Under the pieces are notes generated by a model. It saw only the letters and a program-made list of their open reading frames with translations, had not been told where the DNA came from and did no database searches. Source: Escherichia phage HK639. Taken from it: a DNA stretch of 49,576 nt. The DNA is taken from the sequence record NC_016158.1; one strand, given 5' to 3'. Shown piece after piece: positions 17,798 to 26,073 of the stretch (the first letter of the stretch is position 1; every line of letters begins with the position of its first letter). The position numbers and the translations under genes are program-made.

Positions 17798-18529
17798 ATG
17801 AATAAAACCATAATGGCAGCTATCCGGGTGCATGCACTGGAGGAATCCCCGCGTGAGTGCTGTGGCTTCGTTATTCAGTCTGGCCGTCGCCAGCGCTACA
17901 TTCCCGTGCCGAATACGCACGAAAATCCGACAGAGCATTTCCGCATCGACGGCGAGCACTGGGCTAACGCCGAAGATATCGGGACGATTATTCGCGTCAT
18001 CCACTCCCACCCTGGCGACGGTGCCCGGCCTATTCCGTCCGATCTGGACCGACAACAGTGCAATAACTCCGGCGTGGTCTGGGGCATTTACGCGCCGGAC
18101 AGCGATGAATACGCCGAGATAATGCCGGAGTCGGTGCCGCTTATTGGGCGTCCGTTTATCCTGGGCTCGAATGACTGCTGGGGGCTGATTATGGACTGGC
18201 ACGCCATTCAGGGCGTCACGCTGAACGATTTTCGCGTCGATTACCCGTGGTGGGAAAGCCAGTACCCGGACAATCTCTATTTCGAAAACTGGGAGCGGGA
18301 AGGGTTTGTCGAATGCGACCCCGCGCCAGGCTGCATGGTCATCATGCAGGTTGAATCCGCTAAGTGGAACCACGCGGGGATCATCACTGAAGAAGGTGAA
18401 CTACTCCACCATCTTTACGGCCAGCCTTCATGCATTACCCCATATTCCAGAGGCTATTTCAAAGACCGCACGATGATCTGCGTTCGTCACAAAAACCTGC
18501 CGCAGGAGATAAAGCCATGGCGCGTTTAA
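17798..18529 (+). CDS. K: Tail tip assembly protein K (MPN/JAB + NlpC/P60 domains)
   Basis: ECCGF...HSHP MPN-type motif, then the GSNDCWGL cysteine-peptidase motif; lies between L and I. Confidence 0.85.
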   Translation: MNKTIMAAIRVHALEESPRECCGFVIQSGRRQRYIPVPNTHENPTEHFRIDGEHWANAEDIGTIIRVIHSHPGDGARPIPSDLDRQQCNNSGVVWGIYAPDSDEYAEIMPESVPLIGRPFILGSNDCWGLIMDWHAIQGVTLNDFRVDYPWWESQYPDNLYFENWEREGFVECDPAPGCMVIMQVESAKWNHAGIITEEGELLHHLYGQPSCITPYSRGYFKDRTMICVRHKNLPQEIKPWRV

Positions 18530-19116
18530 CCACGATTCGATTGTATGGCGCACTGGGCGCCCGGTTTGGGCGCGTGCACCGGCTGGCAGTGCAGACATCT
18601 GCCGAAGCTGTCAAAGCTCTGTGTATCAACTTCGACGGACTGGAAAGCTTTCTCATGAATGCCAAAAAAAACGGCATGACCTTCGCGGTGTTTCGTGGCA
18701 AACGCAACATCGGAGAACAGGATTTCAAGGAGCTGGGTGGTGACAGCGATATTCGTATTGCTCCTGTAATGGAGGGGGCAAAAAAAGCAGGATTGTTTCA
18801 GACGATCCTTGGCGCTGTAATGGTCGTTGCTGGCATTATCACAGGAGTGGCAACCGGCTGGACTGGCGCAGGTTTGACATTTGGTGCTGGACTTATCATG
18901 TCGGGCGCATCAATGATGGCCGGCGGCATTTACCAGATGCTTTCGCCACAGCCAAAAGGGTTACAGGGGCGAGACGATCCTGACAATAAACCCTCTTATG
19001 CCTTCGGTGGTTCAGTGAATACCCTTGCGATGGGAAACCCGGTCGCGCTTCTTTATGGTGAGCGCGAGATCGGCGGCGCTATCATCAGTGCAGGCATAGT
19101 CGCTGAAGACATCTGA
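18517..19116 (+). CDS. I: Tail assembly protein I
   Basis: ATG 18517 (MARLTTIRLYG...) overlaps the K end; C-terminal glycine-rich hydrophobic region as in lambda I. Confidence 0.8.
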   Translation: MARLTTIRLYGALGARFGRVHRLAVQTSAEAVKALCINFDGLESFLMNAKKNGMTFAVFRGKRNIGEQDFKELGGDSDIRIAPVMEGAKKAGLFQTILGAVMVVAGIITGVATGWTGAGLTFGAGLIMSGASMMAGGIYQMLSPQPKGLQGRDDPDNKPSYAFGGSVNTLAMGNPVALLYGEREIGGAIISAGIVAEDI

Positions 19117-19136
19117 AAACTCCTTTCTGATTATCA

Positions 19137-19160
19137 AGCACCCAATTGGGTGCTTTTTTT
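19137..19160 (+). terminator. Intrinsic terminator between I and J
   Basis: AGCACCC-AATT-GGGTGCT followed by TTTTTT. Confidence 0.75.
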
Positions 19161-19171
19161 ATGGATGTAAT

Positions 19172-22100
19172 ATGGAAGCGATCACTGGTGCAAAGGGTGG
19201 CAGCCAGAAGCAGCACACACCTGTAGAACAGCCCGATTCGGCGCAGTCAATGGCGCGCTGCCGCATGCTGCTGGCGCTCGGGGAGGGGGAGTTTGCTGGT
19301 GGCCTGGATGCGACCCGGATATTCCTGGACGGTACGCCGTTGGGAAACCCCGACGGAACGATGAATTTTGAAAATGTGTCATGGGATTTCCGGCCTGGCA
19401 CACAGACCCAGACACCAATACCGGGATTCCCTGCAGTCGAGAATGAAACTACGGTTGGCGTATCGCTGACAAAGGCCACACCATGGACGCGCGCGCTGAG
19501 TAATACCCAGATTGACGCGGTTCTCGTTCGTATTGGTATACCTGGATTGCAGCAGCAGGAAAACGACGGAGACATTGTCGGAACTACTGTCACATATCAC
19601 ATCGACATTGCGGTTGATGGCGGGGCATACCAGACAATGCTAACCAAAACGGTTACTGAAAAACTCAGTTCGCTGTATGAGCTGACCCATCGCATTAATC
19701 TTCCGAAAGCCAGTACGGGCTGGCAGATTCGCGTGGTACGCGACACTGACGACAGCACCAGCCAGATGTTGCAGAATAAAACGCAGGTACAGGCAATCAC
19801 TGAGGTGATTGATGCGCGCCTGCGCTATCCCCATACGGCGCTGCTGTATGTGTCGTTCAACGCCAAATCGTTCAACAATATCCCGAAGATTTCCTGTAAA
19901 CCGAAGGGGCGTATTATCCGCATCCCTTCGAATTACGATCCGATAGCCCGAACCTATAGCGGCACATGGGACGGGACATTTAAGTGGGGCTGGACGAATA
20001 ACCCAGCGTGGATCTGGTTCGATGTGCTCACTGAGCCGCGTTTCGGACTTGGCCGCCGTGTGACGCCAGAAATGCTCGATAAATGGGAGCTTTATCGCAT
20101 AGCGCAGCGCTGTGATCAGCTTGTACCAGATGGAAAAGGCGGTAGCGGTACAGAGCCGCGCTTCATGTTTGACGTGTACATTCAGGCGCAGGCCGACGCC
20201 TGGCAGGTGATCAAGGATATCGCCGCAGGCTTTAACGGCATGACGTTCTGGGGCAACAACATGTTCAATGTTGTCTCTGACATGCCGGCGGACACGTCGA
20301 AGCTGCAAATCCTTACCCGCGCTTCGGTGGTGGGCAAGCCGGTTTACTCGAGCGGCAGTGAAAAGACCCGCTTCTCCAGCGCGCTGATTAACTTCAGCGA
20401 CCCTGACAATCACTATCAGGACCGCACGACAGCGGTGATGTTCCCGGATCTGGTTAAGCAGTTCAAGTTTAAGCAGACGCAGATCACCGCAATCGGCTGT
20501 ACGCGCGAGAGCGAAGCGCAGCGCCGTGGCGGGTGGGCGGTGTATTCCAACTCACTCGACAGGATGATTACGCTACAGACCGGGCTTGATGGCTATGTCT
20601 ACGTGCCGGGTACCGTATTTGCATTTGCCGACGAACGCCTTTCAGGGCGTGTTTATGGTGGGCGCATCACCGAGTACAATTCCGGGATTAAGGCAGTGAC
20701 CACTGACCGCGGTACCAGCGCGGTGGCTGGCGATACACTGATGATTCGCACGCAGGGCGGTGCCGTTGAAAGCAGAGTGATTCAGGCCGTAAACGGCACG
20801 CAGCTGGTGGTTGCCACGCCTTTCACGGCAGAGCCGTTACCAAACGCTGTATTCGTCATCGATGCCGGGCAGTTGCGCCTGCAATACTTCCGCGTTACGA
20901 ACCTGAGATTTGATGATGAAGAAAACACCTTCACAATCACCGGGGCTGAGTATAACGCATCAAAATATGATGCGGTCGATAACAATGCCCGCCTGGATGC
21001 GCCGCCAGTCAGCCTGTTACCGACTGGTGTTGTAAGCCAGCCTGCCAACATCGCGGTAGCGAGCTATGACGCAGTACGCCAGGGGCAGCGAGTGGCCACC
21101 TTGACTGCATCATGGGATGCGCCGGTCGACAAGAACGGCAAACCACAGGCAGATGTCATAGCCTATCGCGTGCAGTGGAAGCGCGGCGACAATGAGTGGG
21201 TTAACGTGCCGGATACAGGGCTGCGCAATATCGAAGTTCCTGGCATCTTCGATGGTGATTATCTGGTACGTGTACGCGCCATCAACTCAGGAGGTGCGTC
21301 TAGCCTCTGGACAACGTCTGCTCTTACACACCTAAAGGGGCGCGCTGGTGACGTTCCAAAACCTGTAGGGCTAACAGCATCTGAAGATGTCGTTTTTGGG
21401 ATCAATATCACTTGGGGATTCCCTGCTGATACCTCAGACACATTAAGCACAGAGCTGCAATACAGCGTTACGGCTGACGGTTCAAATCCTATTTTGTTGG
21501 CGTCTGTACCTTATCCTCTAAAACTTTATCAGCAGATGGGCCTTAAGGCCGGTCAGGAATTCTGGTACCGCGCACAGCTGGTTGACCGAACCGGTAACGA
21601 ATCAGGATACACAGAATGGGTTCGTGGGCAGGCAAGTATAGATGTTTCTGATGTCTCCAGTGTGATTTTGGAGGACATGAAGGAATCTCAGACGTTCAAA
21701 GACCTGATCGAGAGCGCAGTGGACAGCAATGCAAAAATTGCTGGCATGGCTGATGATATCCTGCAGGCGAACAATCAGCTCGAACAGCAGGCGCTGGATA
21801 TTCAGGAAAATTCTGATGCTCTGGCGCAAGCTGCGGTGAAGATCGACGAAATGTCTGTCTCCATGGACGGCATGACGGGAGGCGTGAAGAACTCGGCCAT
21901 AGCTATCATCCAGGGCAACCTCGCACAGGTGGCAGCGCGTAAAACACTGACTGCGTCGGTCGCCGGTAACAGCGCGCAGCTTGACCGAATTGATGAAGTG
22001 ATCGTTAACGAGAAGGAGGCAACGGCGCGCGCTCTGCTGAGCCTGCAGACGGACGTTAACGGCAACAAGGCATCCATCAACAGCCTCAATCAGACGTTCT

Positions 22101-22636
22101 CGGATTACCAGCAGGCTATGGCCACGCAGGTAAACAGCATCACGGCGACCGTCAATGGCCACACTTCTGCGATCACCACCAACGCGCAGGCCATTGCCAA
22201 CGTCAACGGCGACCTGAAGGCGATGTACAACATCAAGGTTGGTGTCTCCAGCAACGGGCAGTATTACGCCGCGGGGATGGGGATCGGCGTGGAGAATACG
22301 CCATCCGGCATGCAGTCGCAGGTTATCTTCCTGGCTGATCGCTTCGCAGTCACCACGGCGGCCGGAAACAGCGTGGCTTTGCCATTCGTGATCCAGAACG
22401 GGCAGACATTCATCCGGGCCAGCTTCATTCAGGACGGCACCATTGACAACGCCAAAATCGGCAACTATATCCAGTCGAATAATTATGTGGCTGGATCTGC
22501 AGGCTGGAAGCTTGATAAGGGAGGGACGTTCGAAATTAACGGTGTGGCCGGGGGCGGGAGGATGCTGATATCCAGCACTCTCATTCGCATCTACGACAGC
22601 AACAACGTGCTGCGCGTCAGAATGGGGTTATGGTAA
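19172..22636 (+). CDS. J: Host specificity / central tail fibre protein J
   Basis: 1154 aa after I; fibronectin-like middle region (YRVQWKRGDNEW...); coiled C-terminal part with a DUF1983-like segment. Confidence 0.9.
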   Translation: MEAITGAKGGSQKQHTPVEQPDSAQSMARCRMLLALGEGEFAGGLDATRIFLDGTPLGNPDGTMNFENVSWDFRPGTQTQTPIPGFPAVENETTVGVSLTKATPWTRALSNTQIDAVLVRIGIPGLQQQENDGDIVGTTVTYHIDIAVDGGAYQTMLTKTVTEKLSSLYELTHRINLPKASTGWQIRVVRDTDDSTSQMLQNKTQVQAITEVIDARLRYPHTALLYVSFNAKSFNNIPKISCKPKGRIIRIPSNYDPIARTYSGTWDGTFKWGWTNNPAWIWFDVLTEPRFGLGRRVTPEMLDKWELYRIAQRCDQLVPDGKGGSGTEPRFMFDVYIQAQADAWQVIKDIAAGFNGMTFWGNNMFNVVSDMPADTSKLQILTRASVVGKPVYSSGSEKTRFSSALINFSDPDNHYQDRTTAVMFPDLVKQFKFKQTQITAIGCTRESEAQRRGGWAVYSNSLDRMITLQTGLDGYVYVPGTVFAFADERLSGRVYGGRITEYNSGIKAVTTDRGTSAVAGDTLMIRTQGGAVESRVIQAVNGTQLVVATPFTAEPLPNAVFVIDAGQLRLQYFRVTNLRFDDEENTFTITGAEYNASKYDAVDNNARLDAPPVSLLPTGVVSQPANIAVASYDAVRQGQRVATLTASWDAPVDKNGKPQADVIAYRVQWKRGDNEWVNVPDTGLRNIEVPGIFDGDYLVRVRAINSGGASSLWTTSALTHLKGRAGDVPKPVGLTASEDVVFGINITWGFPADTSDTLSTELQYSVTADGSNPILLASVPYPLKLYQQMGLKAGQEFWYRAQLVDRTGNESGYTEWVRGQASIDVSDVSSVILEDMKESQTFKDLIESAVDSNAKIAGMADDILQANNQLEQQALDIQENSDALAQAAVKIDEMSVSMDGMTGGVKNSAIAIIQGNLAQVAARKTLTASVAGNSAQLDRIDEVIVNEKEATARALLSLQTDVNGNKASINSLNQTFSDYQQAMATQVNSITATVNGHTSAITTNAQAIANVNGDLKAMYNIKVGVSSNGQYYAAGMGIGVENTPSGMQSQVIFLADRFAVTTAAGNSVALPFVIQNGQTFIRASFIQDGTIDNAKIGNYIQSNNYVAGSAGWKLDKGGTFEINGVAGGGRMLISSTLIRIYDSNNVLRVRMGLW

Positions 22637-22932
22637 TGCCACAGGGTTTGCAGTGCTGGGACAGTGCAGGGCGGGTTGCAGTGGATTTAAGCGATTACGC
22701 GATCCGTTACATGGGCAGCGCAACGGTTTCGCTTGCTTCAGGAGAGACGTCAAAAAATGTCGCTTTTTCTGGCGCAACACAGGACGGGACGTTTGTCACA
22801 ATCGTTTCAACTGGAGTGACTGTAAACGAGTATTTTTGCCGCGCTTATAACGGCGGCTTTACTCTCTACTATCTCCCCACGGGTGGAAGTGCAGCAATCA
22901 CTCTCAATGTTGAGGTTTATAACTTTCAATGA
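22630..22932 (+). CDS. Small tail-associated protein, unknown function
   Basis: 100 aa overlapping the J stop. N-terminal GLQCWDSAGRVAVDLSDY shares its motif with the next ORF. Confidence 0.55.
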   Translation: MVMPQGLQCWDSAGRVAVDLSDYAIRYMGSATVSLASGETSKNVAFSGATQDGTFVTIVSTGVTVNEYFCRAYNGGFTLYYLPTGGSAAITLNVEVYNFQ

Positions 22933-23570
22933 GCGGATTCGAAGTTTACAACAGCGCCGGGAAACTGCTGGTGGACTCGCAAAACAGGTCGACCATGTTT
23001 TACGATCAGCGCGCGCTGGGGGCCGTAACCGACAAAGGCTTTTACCGTGTTGATAGCCCGTTTGGTGATGGCAGCACACTCGGCGGCACTCCTCAGGCAT
23101 TCTGGAATGACGGGCGCTTAAGGTGGCTGCAGCTGGGTACGAACAAATACGGTTTTCCTGGTGCTGATATGCTTGAAGATAATGCTGGAAGCATGATCCG
23201 AACAGCGCGAAATATTGGCATCCAGAGCGGCTATCTCGATGTGTTTGATAGCGCCGGCAGCCTTATCTGGAGTGCAGCATCAGCCTCTAAGATGCCGAGA
23301 GTTGTTGGGTTCTTTGACGTACCAGCGAACTATGACCTGCAGAACAATACCTTTTCAGTCAGTTTAAGCTTCAACCCCTGGATTTTGATAAACAACTGCC
23401 CGGGGAATCTCAGCGATGATGGCACGGTTGTCGGGTATTCAGGAGTGGTGCTCAAATGGACTGGCTCACAGCTGCAGGGCAGATATATATCAAAAAATCA
23501 GCGCAACTGGAGCCAGACGTTTCAGGGACGGGGCTTAAGAATCCCCATCGCTCAGTTTGTTGGAATTTGA
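22929..23570 (+). CDS. Tail-associated protein, unknown function
   Basis: 213 aa, ATGA-coupled to the previous ORF; N-terminal GFEVYNSAGKLLVDSQNR is paralogous to the previous ORF. Confidence 0.55.
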   Translation: MSGFEVYNSAGKLLVDSQNRSTMFYDQRALGAVTDKGFYRVDSPFGDGSTLGGTPQAFWNDGRLRWLQLGTNKYGFPGADMLEDNAGSMIRTARNIGIQSGYLDVFDSAGSLIWSAASASKMPRVVGFFDVPANYDLQNNTFSVSLSFNPWILINNCPGNLSDDGTVVGYSGVVLKWTGSQLQGRYISKNQRNWSQTFQGRGLRIPIAQFVGI

Positions 23571-23897
23571 CACGGGAGGAACGCGTGGATAATGAGTCGC
23601 GATCATATCTTGTTTCACGCCCTTTGCTGAATTAAAGCGATAAACCACATCCAGCTTTTCCGTTTTTTTATAGCAAATATTACTTAACCGTTTATTAATA
23701 TGGCGGCTGAATATTCCGTTGCTACTGTCTGAAATAATATCCACCTCTCTGGTGGCGCAGTCGATATTTACATGAATATCACCACCCAGCGATAAACGAG
23801 CTGCATCAACCGGGTAATCCATCTGGAATGCGTTATCTGTGTGTGTGTTCGTACATCCAGCCACCAGCAAAAGCGCTGCAGCAAATAAAAGTTTCAT
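23535..23897 (-). CDS. Lipoprotein encoded antisense within the fibre region (candidate receptor-masking / exclusion protein)
   Basis: MKLLFAAALLLVAG-C15 lipobox; AT-rich; opposite strand to all neighbours; plausible promoter TGACT-N17/18-TAAAAT just upstream. Confidence 0.7.
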   Translation of the reverse strand: MKLLFAAALLLVAGCTNTHTDNAFQMDYPVDAARLSLGGDIHVNIDCATREVDIISDSSNGIFSRHINKRLSNICYKKTEKLDVVYRFNSAKGVKQDMIATHYPRVPPVSNSNKLSDGDS

Positions 23898-23964
23898 TTC
23901 AACATTCCTGTTTATGCGGGAACTTCCATTTTATTTGAGTTTAAAAAATAGTCAGATTGATATG

Positions 23965-23992
23965 AGCGATCAATTTTACACGATTGATCGCT
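23965..23992. repeat. Perfect 10-bp inverted repeat AGCGATCAAT-N8-ATTGATCGCT carrying GATC sites
   Basis: Read directly. Three GATC sites at 23968, 23986 and 23999, in the divergent region between the lipoprotein and fibre genes. Confidence 0.6.
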
Positions 23993-24023
23993 TTTAACGA
24001 TCGTTATTATCGTGAGGTAGTTC

Positions 24024-25277
24024 ATGCTTTATAACACCGGCACCATCGCAATTAACGGAAATACCGCAACCGGCACCGGCACAAACTGGACAGCTCCCGC
24101 CAGCCAGGTTCGCTCTGGCCAGACAATTATCGTCATGTCTAACCCGGTGCAGCTGTTCCAGATTTCATCCGTGAACAGCGCCACGTCAATGACGGTTACG
24201 CCTGCCGCTTCCCCGGCGCTGAGCGGCCAGAAGTATGGAATTCTTGTGTCGGACATTATCTCAGTCGACGGCCTGGCACAGGCCATGTCGCAGCTCATCA
24301 AAGAGTACGACGAGAACATTGGCGCGTGGGAGACGTTCGCTACTACCTCAGCAAACCAGACCATCACCGTAACCATCAACGGCACCCCTGTAACGATCCC
24401 CGGCATCGGCAAACTAGCTCTGAAAGGGAGTAACGGTGCGCTGGCTGTTGCTGACGGCGGAACCGGAGCAACTAAGGCAGAAGACGCTCGCACAAACCTC
24501 GGTTTGGGAAGTAGCGCCACGAGGAACGCATACAGCTCCACCGGGGATATGCTTTCAGTAGGTGATTTTGGATTAGGATCGACAAGTGCTCCCGGACTTA
24601 ATGATGCTAATTTGGGACGTCAGACAGCTTTCTCTGCGGCTGGCGGTGCTGGTGCAGTTAACTTTTTCGATGCGTATTCTCCGTTGCTATCAATGGTAAG
24701 AACCACTTCAACAGCGGTACAGATGCAGATAACAGCAGCTGGTAAATCTGCAGTTAGAGGGTGTAATGCGGGGAACTGGACACCGTGGTACGAACTTTAT
24801 TCAACTCAAAATACAACGAAATCCAGCGATGGAACCCTTAAGGCTGCGTCTCCGGTTGCCCGTATCGTAGCGAGCCAGGAAGCCTGCCAGCGCGCCGATA
24901 TAGCGGAGGATGGCTTCTCCTGGTGCGGCTGTGGGACGGCGAACACTGAGGCGGAGGGAATAACCATTTCTCGCCTCGAGGTGGGCGTTTACGTGCTGGC
25001 AGGTTCGGCAGGCTTGGCGTCCGAGGGATGGCAGCTACTGCCACCAATGGACCCCGGCGGCATGGGAGAGCTGGGAGTGGTTGAGGCAGAGCAAACCGAT
25101 AGCGGCGAGCTGACAATCCGTCTTTTCAAGCGAAAATATATCCTGAGCGATGAAGGTGAGGTCATCAAAACCAAAGGTGAACCGATTGACGTCCCGGCGA
25201 ACAGCTGGATCGATGTTCGTCTGGATATGCCAGCGGATAGCATCTGGAACACCAAAGTTTCCGGTTCTTCTCTCTAA
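24024..25277 (+). CDS. Side tail fibre protein
   Basis: 417 aa; N-terminal MLYNTGTIAINGNTATGTGTNWT and LAVADGGTGATKAEDARTNLGLG are typical fibre motifs. Confidence 0.75.
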   Translation: MLYNTGTIAINGNTATGTGTNWTAPASQVRSGQTIIVMSNPVQLFQISSVNSATSMTVTPAASPALSGQKYGILVSDIISVDGLAQAMSQLIKEYDENIGAWETFATTSANQTITVTINGTPVTIPGIGKLALKGSNGALAVADGGTGATKAEDARTNLGLGSSATRNAYSSTGDMLSVGDFGLGSTSAPGLNDANLGRQTAFSAAGGAGAVNFFDAYSPLLSMVRTTSTAVQMQITAAGKSAVRGCNAGNWTPWYELYSTQNTTKSSDGTLKAASPVARIVASQEACQRADIAEDGFSWCGCGTANTEAEGITISRLEVGVYVLAGSAGLASEGWQLLPPMDPGGMGELGVVEAEQTDSGELTIRLFKRKYILSDEGEVIKTKGEPIDVPANSWIDVRLDMPADSIWNTKVSGSSL

Positions 25278-25354
25278 CTCCAGTGACAACCTGCCGAAAT
25301 TCAGCCTTAAAAATTAATAGGCGAACCCAAATAGATCTACACCTCCTTTAATAG

Positions 25355-25374
25355 TACTGTATGTATAAACAGTG
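25355..25374. promoter_or_regulatory. LexA (SOS) box
   Basis: TACTGTATGTATAAACAGTG fits CTGT-N8-ACAG; lies 18 nt upstream of the UmuD'-like start. Confidence 0.8.
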
Positions 25375-25391
25375 CTAAAGAGGTGCAGAAC

Positions 25392-25781
25392 ATGGGATTC
25401 CCATCTCCAGCAGCAGACTATGTTGAAGATCGCATATCGCTCGACAAACGGCTTATCGCGCATCCGGCAGCCACGTACATGATGATAGCGGGCTCTACAT
25501 ACCTGCGAGCTGGCATAATGAAGGGCGCAATGCTTATCGTCGACTCGTCGCTGACACCAAAAGACGGTTCTCTTCTGGTGTGCGCTATAGACGGTGAGTT
25601 CAGGATTATGCGTTACAGGACGCATCCGCAGCCTTGTCTGGAAAACCCTGAAAATGGAAGGAGGGAGTCGTTACCGTTGAAAGACGATGTGTCGGATACA
25701 TCGCGGCCGGTGTTTGGGGTGATCACCTACAGCATCAACGATGCGCGTTCTGGTGAGTTCGACGACTGCCCGGTGATGTAA
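25392..25781 (+). CDS. Pre-processed UmuD'-like protein (P1 HumD-type), catalytic dyad not conserved
   Basis: Starts MGFPSPAADYVE, equivalent to UmuD Gly25 (the RecA-mediated cleavage product). UmuD GDSM aligns with GSTY, and FTVKKL aligns with FRIMRY. SD AAGAGG precedes ATG 25392. Confidence 0.75.
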   Translation: MGFPSPAADYVEDRISLDKRLIAHPAATYMMIAGSTYLRAGIMKGAMLIVDSSLTPKDGSLLVCAIDGEFRIMRYRTHPQPCLENPENGRRESLPLKDDVSDTSRPVFGVITYSINDARSGEFDDCPVM

Positions 25782-25827
25782 TGGGGAAACTGCATAGCTA
25801 TGCCAGGCTGCATGGCTGTGCATTCTC

Positions 25828-26073
25828 TGTGTCACAGATGTGTCATGCATTAATGAGCAATAACGAAACGCGGAAGCATAGAACGACACGCAATGACACA
25901 AATCCGGCGCGAGCGCGGAAAAACTAATGATATTACAGTGTGTTAAATGGTGCTCTACGTTCTTCTAAGCCGTAGGTCGTAGGTTCGAATCCTACAGGGC
26001 GTGCCATTTAAAAACAGTCGCTTACGCCAGTTTCAAGCCAGCCTGATTTTCTCCTTGTGTCGTATTTGTGTCA
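25828..26073. other. attP region with arm-type repeats
   Basis: TGTGTCA-type repeats at 25828, 25839 (direct, 11 bp apart), 25884/25894 (inverted) and 26056/26067. They flank the tRNA-derived core and lie next to int. Confidence 0.65.
25962..26006 (+). other. 3' part of a tRNA-Arg(UCU)-like gene (anticodon loop to CCA) = probable att core
   Basis: CTTCTAA loop, GCCGT, T-arm GTAGG-TTCGAAT-CCTAC, acceptor AGGGCGT-G-CCA. No matching 5' acceptor or D-arm upstream. Confidence 0.7.

Noticed and set aside
17498-18373. 291-aa minus-strand ORF
   Set aside because: Lies entirely antisense to the well-supported L and K tail genes. Arg/Ala/Pro-rich junk composition, no SD, typical shadow ORF of GC-rich coding DNA.
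19640-20413. 257-aa minus-strand ORF
   Set aside because: Antisense to J; low-complexity Arg/His-rich translation; no independent support.
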